Positions 47,790-59,454 of a DNA stretch of 64,000 nucleotides are shown in pieces. Position 1 is the stretch's first letter. Every line of letters starts with the position of its first letter. A program made the position numbers and the translations under genes. The DNA comes from Felis catus (Eukaryota). Where the stretch lies: positions 11,658,001-11,722,000 of the forward strand of contig NC_058383.1 of the NCBI RefSeq assembly GCF_018350175.1, read 5' to 3'. The notes beneath the pieces were generated by a model. The model was given only the letters and a program-made list of their open reading frames with translations, had not been told where the DNA came from and made no database searches.

Positions 47790-48170
47790 GGAATGCTTTC
47801 TCCCAGCACTGATTTGGCAGTTGCTTGGGTTTGAAGAGCCATGTGGGCTCAAACGTGCCAAGTGTGTGGCCTACGGTCTCAACCCACAGGTACCTTGTGC
47901 AGCTACAATGTGTCCCTCCGTCTCCATAGCCAGTGATGGGGTAAAACAAACAAACGGAAAGACAAACAAACGAACCAGAACGGGAAGGGGAAACCAGACA
48001 GGGAAGCAGAATACTGCTCTTTGTCTGGGGCGATTCTGTGTCACGGAAGGCACCGGAGACAGGCCTCGTTATTAGCTGCCTGCTTAGAGGTACCTAGAGG
48101 CATTTTAATGTTAAAATAACACAAAGATGAGAGAGACACCTTTTGAATCCAAGCGAAGGCAAGGCAGCTG

Positions 48171-48389
48171 ATTTTATTTATTTATTTATTTATTTATCTA
48201 TCTATCTATTTATTTATTTAGAGAGAGCAGGTGTATGGGGTAGACAGAGGGAAAGAGAGAGAGAATCCCAAGCAGGCTCCACGCTGTCAGCACAGAGCCC
48301 TAAGTGGGCCTCGAACTCGCCAACTGTGAGATCATGACCCGAGCCGAAGCCAGACGCACAACCGGCTGAGCCACCCAGGCGTCCCCCCC
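48171..48389 (-). mobile_element. Can-SINE
   Basis: (TTTA)n tail; agaatcccaagcaggctccacgctgtcagc...gagccacccaggcgtccc. Confidence 0.95.
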
Positions 48390-48658
48390 AAAAATTTCTA
48401 ACAATTAGAAAACTTCATCAGCGTCAGAGTCGGACATGGTTCAAATGTTCTACTTGCCGAATAGGTGACGGGGGACGCATCCCTTCTCTACCGTCGACCC
48501 CATTTCCTTTTCCAGAGAAAATATATACTTCCTGCGCTCCGGATAACAAAGGTGAAATGAAATGAGGTAGAGAGACATGAGGTTCAGCCGGTCACCGAGA
48601 GTAGGTGTTGTTTTTTCTGATTGCAGCCTCAACGGGAAGCTTGTTATACCTTATCTTT

Positions 48659-48793
48659 GTTTTTAAGTCTTTTATTTGAATTCCAGTGTCATGAACATAG
48701 AGTGCTCTGTTAATTTCGGGTCTACAATACAGAGATTCGGCCTTCCGTGCGTCGCCCGGTGCTCATCAGGACAAGTGCCCTCCTTAGTCCCCA
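48659..48793 (-). mobile_element. Extremely 5'-truncated carnivore L1 3' end
   Basis: ttatttgaattccagt...gcccggtgctcatcaggacaagtgccctccttagtcccca; perfect 14 bp TSD tataccttatcttt. Confidence 0.85.
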
Positions 48794-49160
48794 TATACCT
48801 TATCTTTCGTTAGCCGAAAAGTTGGGGTGCTCTGGTGGGGGGGGTGGTAAACACGTCAGTATCCTTGAGCGGGAAATCTGGATCTTGCCGAGAGTTGAGT
48901 TTGTCACGGAGCATCAGACAGCAAATGACAAAGAGGGAGTGTCGTCGTTGACCCCTGCATGCTTTATCTGGCACATTTGTCAACGTTGGCTGACCTCCCA
49001 TATCAGCAAATATCTGGTGTAGCAAATACACGAAAGGGTTTGTAAATGGCTGGACTGGTGGTGACCAGCGACTGGAAGTCTGCAGCCAAGAAACACGTCT
49101 TGTATCTTGACTTCAAGGCATTCCTTACTGGCAGTGTGTACTGAAATTGTCAAATGCTTT

Positions 49161-49358
49161 GATTTATTTTTTTAAAGTTTATTTGTTTATTTATTTATTT
49201 ATTTAGAGAGAGCGGGCAGGGGCAGAGAGGGAGGGAGAGAGAGAGTCCCAAGCAAGCTCCACACTGTCAGGCTCCCACTGACGCGGGGCTCAAACTCACG
49301 AACTGCGAGATCATGACCTGAGCCGAAACCAACAGTCGGATGCTTCACCGACCGAGCG
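49161..49358 (-). mobile_element. Can-SINE lacking its 5' head
   Basis: Ends at ...cttcaccgaccgagc with no cacccaggcgcccc and no TSD. Confidence 0.93.
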
Positions 49359-49815
49359 GATTCCGGAGCTGGGGCAAGAAACATGCAGGAGGAACTCACA
49401 ACATGAGCAAAGGGAATAAGAACGTCCTCAGAGGGTGATGAGGACACGTAAGAGGACACAGGTGCCAGCCAGAAGGAAGTCCCCCTGGCCAACTCTGGGG
49501 CAGTATGAGCACTGAACTGAACAAAATCAGAATTTACAAACCCACAATGATCATAAAAAAAGAAGACAAAGCTCGTTGCTGTGGGACAGAGCCAACTAAT
49601 AAATGTGGGGAGAATGAAGTAGAAAGTCATTGGAATAATAACCGATTTAGTTAAAGATTGACAGCGGATGCGAAAAGTAAGCTGAAAGTTTGACGTGAGA
49701 AACGAGATATTTACAAAGTCTCCACGAATCCCTTTACATGGATGTGTTATGGGCACCACCTTAAGCCAAACGCACAAAGTTAATATGAGTAATAAAGGGA
49801 CAAACTGACCTTACC
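49359..49815 (+). mobile_element. L1MC4-like 3' fragment
   Basis: ctggggcaagaaacatgcagga...aaggacacaggtgccagc...gagatatttacaaagtctc...caccaccttaagccaa..aaagttaatatgagtaataaagggacaaactgac. Confidence 0.75.
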
Positions 49816-50879
49816 AGTGGATTAGAAGGCACAAATCTGTCAGGGGAACTAGTGTTCCTGCTTTGGGGGACACTTATACTTGCCAAAGTTCATACAGCTA
49901 GAAATGTAGTATGAGCTTTAAATTCAGATCTGATTTCAAAGCCCTTGTTATGTCTCCCACATCTTGGGTCTACAGGCTGATGTGGGTCCATAACTGGTGC
50001 TATGAATCAGCAGAGAGGAGATGGTCGGGCAGGATAGACAAATGGAACAAGGCAGAAGTCACTGAAATGCCCAGCAGAGAAGGAGCATCCACATAGACTG
50101 AATCATGCCACAGAGGAGTGGCTCCTTGGATGTGGAGATGCTCTTTTCCACTCTAGTCCTTTGCTGACGACTTTCTGATTTTGAAGGAAATGCAAAAGGC
50201 GTATCCTGAGAACTTGCCTGTGGTACGACGCCCGGAGTTATAATGAGGATTTACCAGAAGACACATTTTAGGAACAAACCGGATGCAGCAAAAAAGATGG
50301 GTAGCTAATTATATGGTCAATTTCTCATCCATATTTACATAGCGATATTACAGGATTATTTTCACCTTGTAAAACAAATCCATTTGGATAAATCAATATT
50401 ATTTCCCAATACAGTTCCTAATCTCCGCTCAGGGAAAAAAGTACCGAGAGGCAAATCTAATACTCTTCTCAAAATAATTGGACAAAATTATATCGAAGAA
50501 TAGCCCTTAAAAGAAAAGTCTGGTTAATAAGTATCTGACAGCAATCTAAAAATTTTAGAGCCTCTCTGGAGGGGGTATGTTAATATCCTTAAGAGAATGT
50601 GATTTTTGCTACATGGAGAGTTCTTTTTGATACCAATGTTTACCTTTTTTTAAGTTACAAATTAGGTCATTCTTTGGACTTGGGATAAACTCAGCAGAAA
50701 TGCCTGGAAAAAATAAATGTCCTCCGTGTGGGGCAAAGCCAGCAGCTTTACAATTTATTTAATCTTTGGTGCCTGCGTACATTCCAGAAACACCTCATTT
50801 ATTTCACGTGGCCATGGAAAGAGGTATTATTCCATGCAGCTGAATTAGATGAATAAAGTCTGAATTAAAAAAGAAAAGG

Positions 50880-51100
50880 AGGGCTCCTAAAGTGGCTCAG
50901 TCGGTTAAGCGCCCGACTTGGGCTCAGGTCATGATCTCACGGTGCGTGGATTTCAGCCCTGTGATGGGCTCTGTGCCGACAGCTCAGAGCCTGGAGCCTG
51001 CTTCCGATTCTGTGTCTCCCTCTCTCTCTCTCTGGTCCTCCCCCGCTCATGCTCTGTCTCTCTCCCTCTCAAAAATAAATAAACATTAAAAATATTTTTA
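50880..51100 (+). mobile_element. Can-SINE (cluster member 1)
   Basis: gtggctcagtcggttaagcg head, CT tract, tail interrupted by member 2. Confidence 0.96.
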
Positions 51101-51322
51101 TTTTTATTTTATTTTTTTTTAACGTTTATTTATTTTTGGGACAGAGAGAGACAGAGCATGAATGGGGGAGGGGCAGAGTGAGAGGGAGACACAGAATCGG
51201 AAACAGGCTCCAGGCTCCAAGCCATCAGCCCAGAGCCTGACGCGGGGCTCGAACTCACGGACCGCGAGATCGTGACCTGGCTGAAGTCGGACGCTTAACC
51301 GACTGCGCCACCCAGGCGCCCC
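51101..51322 (-). mobile_element. Young felid Can-SINE (cluster member 2), nested in the tail of member 1
   Basis: Perfect 14 bp TSD taaaaatattttta (51087-51100 / 51323-51336). Confidence 0.98.
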
Positions 51323-51360
51323 TAAAAATATTTTTAAAAGAAAAAAGAAAATCATTTTAT

Positions 51361-51570
51361 GGGGTGCCTGGGTGGCTCAGTTGGTTAAACGTTCAACTCT
51401 TGATTTTGGCTCTCGTCATGATCTCATCATCATGATATCGAGCCCTCCGTCGGGCTCTGTGCTGACAGCATGGAGCCTGCTTGGGATTCTCTCTCTCCCT
51501 TTCTCTCTTCCCCTCATCCCGCTCCTGAGCATGCTCTCTCCCTCAAAATAAAGAAATAAACCTTAAAAAA
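51361..51570 (+). mobile_element. Can-SINE, older subtype (cluster member 3)
   Basis: ggggtgcctgggtggctcagttggttaaacg..actcttgattttggctc. Confidence 0.96.
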
Positions 51571-51583
51571 GAAGAAAGTAATT

Positions 51584-51798
51584 ACATTTTTTTTAATGTT
51601 TTATTTATTTTTGAGAGAGACAGAGACAGAGTGTGAGCGGGGGAGGGGCAGAGAGACAGGGAGACACAGAATCCAAAGCAGCCTCCAGGCTCTGAGCCGT
51701 CAGCACAGATCCCGATGCGGGGCTCGAACCCATGAACTGTGAGATCATGACCTGACCCGAAGACGGACGCTTAACCGACAGAGCCACCCAGGTGCCCC
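51584..51798 (-). mobile_element. Can-SINE (cluster member 4)
   Basis: 13 bp TSD gaagaaagtaatt. Confidence 0.96.
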
Positions 51799-52888
51799 GA
51801 AGAAAGTAATTTTAAATACGAATCTTCCTAAAATGTGTTACCCATTTCCTCTACATTCTTCGATGGAGTTTGCCAGGTGCGATTCGACTTCTGTCTTTCT
51901 TTTATCGATGACTCTGGGTTGGACATCTGGTGCTATAACGAACCATCTATGTAGAGAAGACTTAGATTGGAGGTGGGGGTTCCAGGTCAGGGTAGTTGCC
52001 TGAGCCAAGCCAAAGCCTGAGTACGGGCAGAGAAACCCTGGGAGGAGCATGGACTGATGGGCACAGCGATCGCAAGGCACAGCAATAGAAGGGAGAACAG
52101 CAGGATGGCCCAGTGGCTCAGCTGGAGGTCGGGCCATGACCCCAACAGTGCTCACAGACAGAACCCAGGCAGCTCCGGGCGCATGAATGTCCCTATTTCT
52201 GCTCTGTTCTCCCAGTGGGAGGGGTATTTCACATCAACGCCATCGTCCTGTGTGTCTGGACCCCAGGATTGTTATTGGGTAAATACGGGCACGCCGGAGG
52301 AGGGTGATGCAACCAGAGAGAGACAGGTTCAAGGCCAAGTGCGTGTTATAGGCACACCGTTCTCGGGGTTCCACTGCCTAGTTAGTGTCTTTGCATCCTG
52401 GAATTAGTTCTTGCTTGAACGTGCTCCGTGTGCCTTTCTGTCTTTACCTTACCCTGAGAATTGACATATAGCCCATCCTGCACCCTGTCCCACTCCCCAG
52501 GCACCAGTGCCTCAGCCTGGCCTCAGGCCTATCCTGGTCCCCCCCCCCCCCCAGTCCTAGCTTGTTTCCTGAACCTAGCTTGTTTGCTGCCCCTGCCCCC
52601 ATTCCCCCATTCTTTCCAATGGCATCCGTGTAGACAGCTAGCCTGAGATACCACCATCATGGGATGATATGTTTTGAAATACTTCCTTGGTAAATCTGGT
52701 TTCATCCTTTTCAACTTTACGCCATTGACACTAGACCATAAGGCCAGAGAAAAAGAGGGGGAGGGAAGGATATAAGGGAAGTTCCCGCTGGATGGGAAAG
52801 GAAAGCAGAAAGTGGTTTTGCCAAGGAAGAGCAAGAGGAAAGAGGAAGGAAAAGGCAAGTATTCGTTACCTCCTCACCCCTGAGTGGC

Positions 52889-52969
52889 CCGATCTCCCAA
52901 CCATGAGATGGTGACCTGAGCCGAAATCAAGAGTTGGATGCTTAACCAGCTGAGCCCCCCAGGCGCCCC
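52889..52969 (-). mobile_element. Can-SINE, 5' half only
   Basis: gacctgagccgaaatcaagagttggatgcttaaccagctgagccccccaggcgcccc; no CT tract or tail. Confidence 0.88.
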
Positions 52970-53039
52970 TCTACTTGTTTTTAATTGAAGTATAATATAC
53001 ATTTATAAAGGGTCCAATATACATATGTATAATATACCT

Positions 53040-53267
53040 GTTCTGGTGATCTGGTTATATTGCTAAGTCATAAACGACCTCAAAATCTAGTGGTTTTAAA
53101 ACAAGTTCTTAGTTTCTCCTCTGGTTCCGTCGGTTGACTGGACACAGCCAAGTGGTTCTCCCTCACTCGGTTACCATCAGATAATGGCTAGGGCTGGAGG
53201 CTTCTGGAGGCTTCTTTGCTTACACATCTCACACCTGGGTTGGGATGGTGGAACAAGCAGGCACTGT

Positions 53268-53316
<49 letters not shown>

Positions 53317-53575
53317 GTCTCTCTCTCTCTCATTTGGAGTTCTCCATGTGGCAAGCTTGGGCTTCTTCCCAACATGGTAGCCTCAGATAATCAGAATGTT
53401 GTAGGCATTGGTTTGCTCCATGATGGACACCCCAAGCAAACCAGGCGGAAGTTGCAAGACCTCAAAAGTCCCAGAATGTCAGTTTCCATCTAATTCCACT
53501 GTGCAAGCAGATCACGAGGCCAGTCTTTCCGCGGGAGGAAGCGCAAAGCATTCGTGGCCATGTATAATCTACACT
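53040..53575 (-). mobile_element. MaLR LTR (MLT1H/I-like) with (CT)n, inside an old antisense L1 3' end
   Basis: cctcaaaatctagtggttttaaaacaa...ggttgactggacacagc...ctccatgtggcaagcttgggcttcttcccaacatgg; L1-like flanks at 52977-53030 and 53578-53700. Confidence 0.75.
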
Positions 53576-53774
53576 AACACCAAATCATTCACCATTCAAA
53601 TCCGGATTTAGGGTACATCCAACGCCCAGAACGGTTCCTTGCATCCCTTCCCAGCCTGTTTTTCTCTCATCCTATCGATAGTCACTCTTCTATTTTATTT
53701 TTAACCTTTTATTATTAAATATTATAATATAATACATATGATCTTTAATGTTTCTGAATCTACAGGTGGTTTTT

Positions 53775-53980
53775 ATTATTTCTTTTTTTTTTATTTTTGA
53801 GAGAGAGAGAGAGAGAGAGATCACCAGCAGGGGAAGGCAGAGGGAGAGAGAGAAAATCCTAAGCAGTCTCCTTGCTCAGCACAGAGCCCGACATGGGGCC
53901 CGATCCCACAAACCTGGGATCATGATGTGAGCTGAGACCAAGAATCAGACATTCAACCGACTGAGCCACCCAGCCGCCCC
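53775..53980 (-). mobile_element. Can-SINE (older subtype)
   Basis: TSD tacaggtggttttt / tacaagtggttttt. Confidence 0.94.
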
Positions 53981-54011
53981 TTACAAGTGGTTTTTTAAAA
54001 ATTATTTTTCC

Positions 54012-54116
54012 GGGGCGCCTGGGTGGCTCAGTCGGTTGAGCATCTGACTTCGGCTCAGGTCATGATCTCGCGGTCTGTGAGTTCGAGCCCCGCGTCAGAC
54101 TCTGTGCTGACAGCTC
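54012..54116 (+). mobile_element. Can-SINE, 3'-truncated
   Basis: Intact head up to ctgtgctgacagctc, then an abrupt switch to L2 sequence. Confidence 0.92.
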
Positions 54117-54124
54117 GCCCTCGA

Positions 54125-54840
54125 AGAATCCTAGAACTCACTTTGATTTCTCACTCCCTGCGTGGCACCCGGGGACAAGTTCGGTTGTTTCAAGCTAGAT
54201 CTTTAATTCATGCATTTGTCTTCACCTCCACTGTCATCCAAGCCTCTAAATCTCTTTTATGGCCCAGTCTCCTTGCTGATGGCCCTGCCTCTCCCGTCTG
54301 TTCCCCTCCAGCAGCCAGAGTATAACCTCCTTAACACGGAAAGCCCAACAGATCGATCTGGGTCCTACCTTCCTCTGCAGCTTGCCCTCATTCCCCTCTC
54401 TCGTCCTGGACACGCAGCCTGTTTTAGGGACCCAGACAGGTGGATTCTTTTGTGCCCTTCATCCTCTTGTGTGTGTTGCTTGCTCTGCCTGGAAAGGCCT
54501 CCTTTCCCCGCTTCCCACCCTTTTCCTGACTGGTGTTCAAGCTCTGCCCAGCAAGATTTCCCCCGTGGGTTTTACCCAAAGCAACCCGTCACCCTCAACC
54601 CTACCTTATTACTTCCCCTTAGCCCTCTCTTTGTTTTCTGCTTACCACTTCTCAGAATTTCCCATTACTGATTCATTTCTTTGTGTATGTATCTCCTTGC
54701 CGTGTATTCCGCCGTGTCTTTCCCATTAGTCCGAAGCTCCAGGAAGACAGGACACGGTCAGTCCTGCTTGCACTCTCTCAGCCTGAATCCGTTCCTACAG
54801 GCGAGGGTTCGACAAACCTTGGCTGCATGAGCCAATGAGC
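54125..54840 (+). mobile_element. L2 3' region
   Basis: ccagtctccttgctgatggccctgcctc; ccagcagccagagtataacc; ctctgcctggaa; aagctccaggaagacaggacac. Confidence 0.7.
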
Positions 54841-55934
54841 TACAGAGTAATGCCCTTAAGATCAGAAATTGTGTCCTGGACCCCCTTGCCTGGGGAGCAC
54901 GGGGGCGGGAGGGGGGTCCTCTAGAGATGCTGCTCTCTTGGATATGTGATAAGATAATTCAACAAAGCCATGTGAGTTCCTCTCTTCACCCCCCTAACCG
55001 CCTCCTTCCCCTAAAGATCAAGCCATTTTCCCTTCAGAAGCCCTGAAATCTCTGGGAGGCTCGATGTTGTCGTGCAAAGGAATCCACTTTGTTTCCCTGA
55101 ACGGTCCACCTTTTGATATCGGATCTGGGCCCCGCGGAGAGGGGTCCCTTCTGCTTCCTGCACGTAGAGAGGTTTCATGGAATATTTATACGTCCTGGAA
55201 GAAAGAATTGAAACTTCCGAGAAACGTACAGACCCGCCAGTTACTTTCTAGGGCAGGTGCCGGAGGACAAAGGGAAGGAGTTACAGAATGTTGGCGTTGA
55301 AAGGACTAACGCCTTCGTTTGGTGGAGGAAGGAACTGGGGCCCAGGGTGGATACGGTCCAAGGAATTAGTCAAAGGTGTGAGTTCTGACCCTTCTGCCCG
55401 ACTCAGTTTAGGGGTCTACTCGCCAGGAATGGGGAGCCCCAGCCCCACCCGACTCCCCGCAGCCTACTCATGGCCACGGTCTTGCGCGCAAGCTCTGTTC
55501 CCGCCCAAGGAAGAATCTGTATGTTCTTTGACCTCCACCGGTTCCCTCTGCTCATCTGCTCGACGTGGCAAAGTTCGTCATCTCCGGGTTCCCCATTTGT
55601 GTTCCCTGCGGGTAGATGACCTTCTTGGCTTTCTTATCCCGAAGAACTGGGAGGAGCCCCCCCTCACCCACGCCAAGACAGCCGCCAGGTGTGGGGACTC
55701 CCTGCCCGCCAGATGTGCCGAGTATTACGTGTCTCAGCAATAAGCTCGGCCTTCGAGACTCTGCTTGGTGAGGCTTGGAATCAGACTCTGCAAGCCCCGC
55801 TGGTTCTCAAGATGGCTCCCTGTTACGCGCCGCTCATGACGGGCACTAGAGAGAGAACGTCTGGCTGTGGGAGGAGGAAGGAGGAGGTAGCTGCGATTCA
55901 CTTGTGTCCCATTGGCTTCCTTCCTTCCCGTTCT

Positions 55935-56365
55935 GTGGCTCCAAGAGACCTTCTCCCCCCTGGCAGCAGCGATTCCTATCCAGAGCAGCGGCTGGATCGC
56001 GTGTGCCCAACATTTGTGGCACCAGTTTTATCCCTCTCCTCCACCGTCCACACAACCACTCAGACACCCAGCCGCCCAGCCCCCGCCCACCAAGAGACCC
56101 GCACCCAGCTGAGTACCGTTCTCTCTCCAGGGGCTGAGCCTTGACGCCACAGGCCCTTCCATCGAGATTCTAAGTTTGAATAATTCCAACCCCCTCCTTT
56201 GTGCTCCCAGCCTGCGCTGGTAGTGACACTTAGGTATTTATTTGCGTTGCCAAACCCCGTAATGTTCTCCTTGTTCTTTCGGTGACCCAGTTAAAGGCTC
56301 ATATTCAGATCTCACGGTCCGATGACTGGCGTGGTTCCCCCTCCTGACCGGATCGTGATGATACA
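55935..56365 (+). mobile_element. ERVL-class LTR (LTR41-like) 3' part
   Basis: Ends gactggcgtggttcccctcctgaccggatcgtgatgataca, resembling ERVL LTR 3' termini. Confidence 0.5.
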
Positions 56366-56698
56366 GCGGTAGGCCCCAGTTAGGCAGCTGCCGCTGAGAT
56401 GGGGCTGCAGGGGTTTATTACGTGGGTAGTACGGAGTGGGGGAGGGGGGGTGGGTGAGTGTCGCAGTAAAGCTCATGTTTCTGTTCTGGAAATAGATGCA
56501 GTATCTGCCCTGGCCTCTGTGGCATTCACAGTAAGTTCTCAGATTTGTGGAAACGGTTTCTCACACGGTTAAGCAAGGTGATGCTCAGGGCTCTGTCGTG
56601 AGCCAGCTAAGTCACTAAGGCAGGAACATCATCTCCCTGAGAGTGAGACGTTTTCTCCACACTGCAGACATGGGCTAATGGCCTAGAATGCTTGGTAT

Positions 56699-56970
56699 TT
56701 CTATATATCTATCATCTATCTATTTCTATATCTATCTATCCATCCATCCGTCTATCTGCCCATTTACCTATCATCTATCTGCCTATCTATCTATTATCTA
56801 TCTATTCATCTATTTATCCATCCATCCATCCATCCACATCCATCCACCCATTTACCTATCTATCATCTATCTATCTATCTATCCATTCATCTATCTATCT
56901 ATCTATTATCCATCTATCATTTATCTACCTATCCATCTATCCATCCATCCACCTATCCACCCATTTACTG

Positions 56971-57008
<38 letters not shown>

Positions 57009-57250
57009 CATCAGTCTATCCATCTATCCATCCATCCATCCATCCACCCATCCATCCACTCATTTATCTATCATCTATCTATTATCTATCTATCCAATAA
57101 TCTATCCATCAATCTATTCATCTATCATCTATCTCTCTATCTTCTGTCTGCTTGTGTCTCTATGCATCTGTCTTCTATTTACCATCCTGTCTACCTGCCT
57201 ATGTGACTGCCTATACACTGCATCTATCCATCTGTCTACCTGTCTGCCTA
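56699..57250 (+). repeat. Compound (TCTA)n/(TCCA)n/(TCTG)n simple repeat, ~550 bp
   Basis: Direct reading; explains the Ile/Tyr/Leu/Ser/His/Pro-rich ORFs. Confidence 0.95.
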
Positions 57251-57321
57251 CTTTCTTCTTTATACCCTCTACATTTCCATTTCACTAACTTAACAAAGCA
57301 AATTAAAAATAGTGCTCATCA

Positions 57322-57541
57322 GGGGCGCCTGGGTGGCGCAGTCGGTTAAGCGTCCGACTTCAGCCAGGTCACGATCTCGCGGTTCGTGAGTTCGAGCCCC
57401 GCGTCAGGCTCTGGGCTGATGGCTCAGAGCCTGGAGCCTGTTTCCGATTCTGTGTCTCCCTCTCTCTCTGCCCCTCCCCCGTTCATGCTCTGTCTCTCTC
57501 TGTCCCAAAAATAAATAAACGTTGAAAAAAAAAAATAAAAA
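57322..57541 (+). mobile_element. Young felid Can-SINE (SINEC_Fc-like)
   Basis: Perfect 17 bp TSD aaaaatagtgctcatca; diagnostic ggtggcgcagtc..cttcagccaggtcac. Confidence 0.98.
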
Positions 57542-58625
57542 AAAAATAGTGCTCATCAAAGACCATGTGTAGCTTTAGGCTGACAATTGTTTGGAGGTAA
57601 AAATGTCATAAAGAGCATTCCTGTGGGTATGAAAACCCGCCTTTCAGATGTTCTTTGAGAATATTCCATGCAGGATTAGCGTCAGGAAGGAAAATTTCTG
57701 GCCACAGATATGACACCCATACAGTAGACCTCCATGGGATTCAGGGTACTGAAGAGTGCCCAGCGCAGCCCTCCAGGGCAGAGATGTTGGATAGGAACTC
57801 TTGTAGTTGACCACTGGCTGGAGTGTAGTCCTGCATGGAGAAGGTGAAGCAGGCCTCAGACAGGGGCCAGGGGAGGAACTCTACCCTGGGGGAAATGGTC
57901 CCTCACGTCTAAGAGCAACTGGCGAGTCATGTTAGTGTTCCAGCTCAGAGACGTGTCTGACCAAATCGTTCACGAAGGGCAGCAGCTTAGGGTCTAGTGG
58001 GAGAAGCTGGCCAAGTACAATAGAAGCCAACAACGATCCTTGACTGAATGAGTAAGTGCTGAGTCGTGCGGTATGGATGGAAAGGGGCAGTTCATGAGTC
58101 AGGAGGAAAGAGAGCTTGTTAACCATGTAGTCAGCAGGAAGTGGGACTTCTAAGGGCCTTGGAAGAGGGGAGAGAGGGCAGGTGCGAGAGAAGCAGGGAG
58201 GTTATAAAAACCAGCCACGGAAAGCTCTCTGTAGGAATTGAAAATCAATTGATAAGTCTTTATTGAGTTTCTACTATTTTCTCAGCACGGTGCTGAAGGC
58301 AAGTGTTAAGAAGTCTTCCAGGAACTCCCACCAGCCAGGGACTCGGTCAGGGCTGGGCTTGTAAAGAGGTGAGTGAGTGGATGTTCTGACCAGCAGGGAA
58401 GTCCCTGCCCAGTTTATGATGCCCCCCGCCCTTGGCATGGTTTTGAACCCTGGTACAGCACAGTATAGAACATGTTGCTAGGGAGCTCTGTCTGGAGCGG
58501 AAGTGAGTTTCCACGGAAGAGAACGTGGAATGGAAAGGAGCCATGCGTGCTTCTTTGAGCCGTGTCAGTGGAGGCGTGGTACAAACTGGGGGATCCCGGG
58601 CTTGACCAGAAGTCAGAGGGCCTGC

Positions 58626-58896
58626 GGTTGGTTGGTTTGTTGTTTGCAATTTTTTAAATTTTTATTAGAAAATTTTTTTTCAATGTTTGTTTTTGACCGA
58701 GAGAGAGAGAGAGAGACAGACAGACAGAGCATGAGCAGGGGAGGGGCAGAGACAGAGGAAGACACAGAATCCGAAGCAGGCTCTAAACTCTGAGCTGTCA
58801 GCACAGAGCCCGACGCGGGGCTCGAACTCACGGACCGCGAGATCACGACCTGAGCCGAAGTGGGACGCTCCACCGACTGAGCCACCCAGGCGCCCC
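58626..58896 (-). mobile_element. Can-SINE
   Basis: TSD agggcctgc. Confidence 0.96.
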
Positions 58897-59454
58897 AAAG
58901 GGCCTGCATCTTAATTCCAGTTGTTACTTGTGTAGCCTGTTCCCATCCCGTGGCCTGGTGTCATCTCCCTACGGCCACTGATGACAATTATCATCAGGGG
59001 TCTTCCGGTGCCCTTCTGCCAGTTCCTTGTTTTCTTGTCACGGGTGCGTTGCCAACGTGGCCTCGTATTCTTATTGGCTTTAATTGCCTCTGGTTTTGTC
59101 AGAGAGAAAAGGAGATACTAGGCTGGAAAGGGGCAAGGCAGTCAGTAGGAATGAGATGTAGAAAGACAAAGAAAGAAACGGCGTAGGGACCAGAGAAATT
59201 GACTTCAAGCCTGAAGTCAGGGCTAGCAATGAAGGAAAGAAGAAAGAAGAGGGCAAATAAGAAACATTTGTGCCTCAACAGAACATATTTTGGACTGAGA
59301 TCAACCGATCTGATGCCATAAAGCAAGCCTGCGAAACGTGAGGACAGCCGGGTGATCGGAAGAGAAGGCACAGTTCATCTGGGAATAGTCAAGGGGGGGG
59401 GTGGAAGGGTGGGGTCCCACAGACCGTTACCTCTGCTGACCCTCCTTGCCCACG

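Noticed and set aside
49199..49777. 192 aa minus-strand ORF
   Set aside because: Reads through an antisense L1MC fragment into a SINE
55288..56144. Two overlapping 151 aa ORFs
   Set aside because: GC-rich, stop-poor sequence partly within an LTR-like fragment; no homology recognised
56688..57288. 172 and 198 aa ORFs rich in I/Y/L/S/H/P
   Set aside because: Translation of the (TCTA/TCCA)n microsatellite
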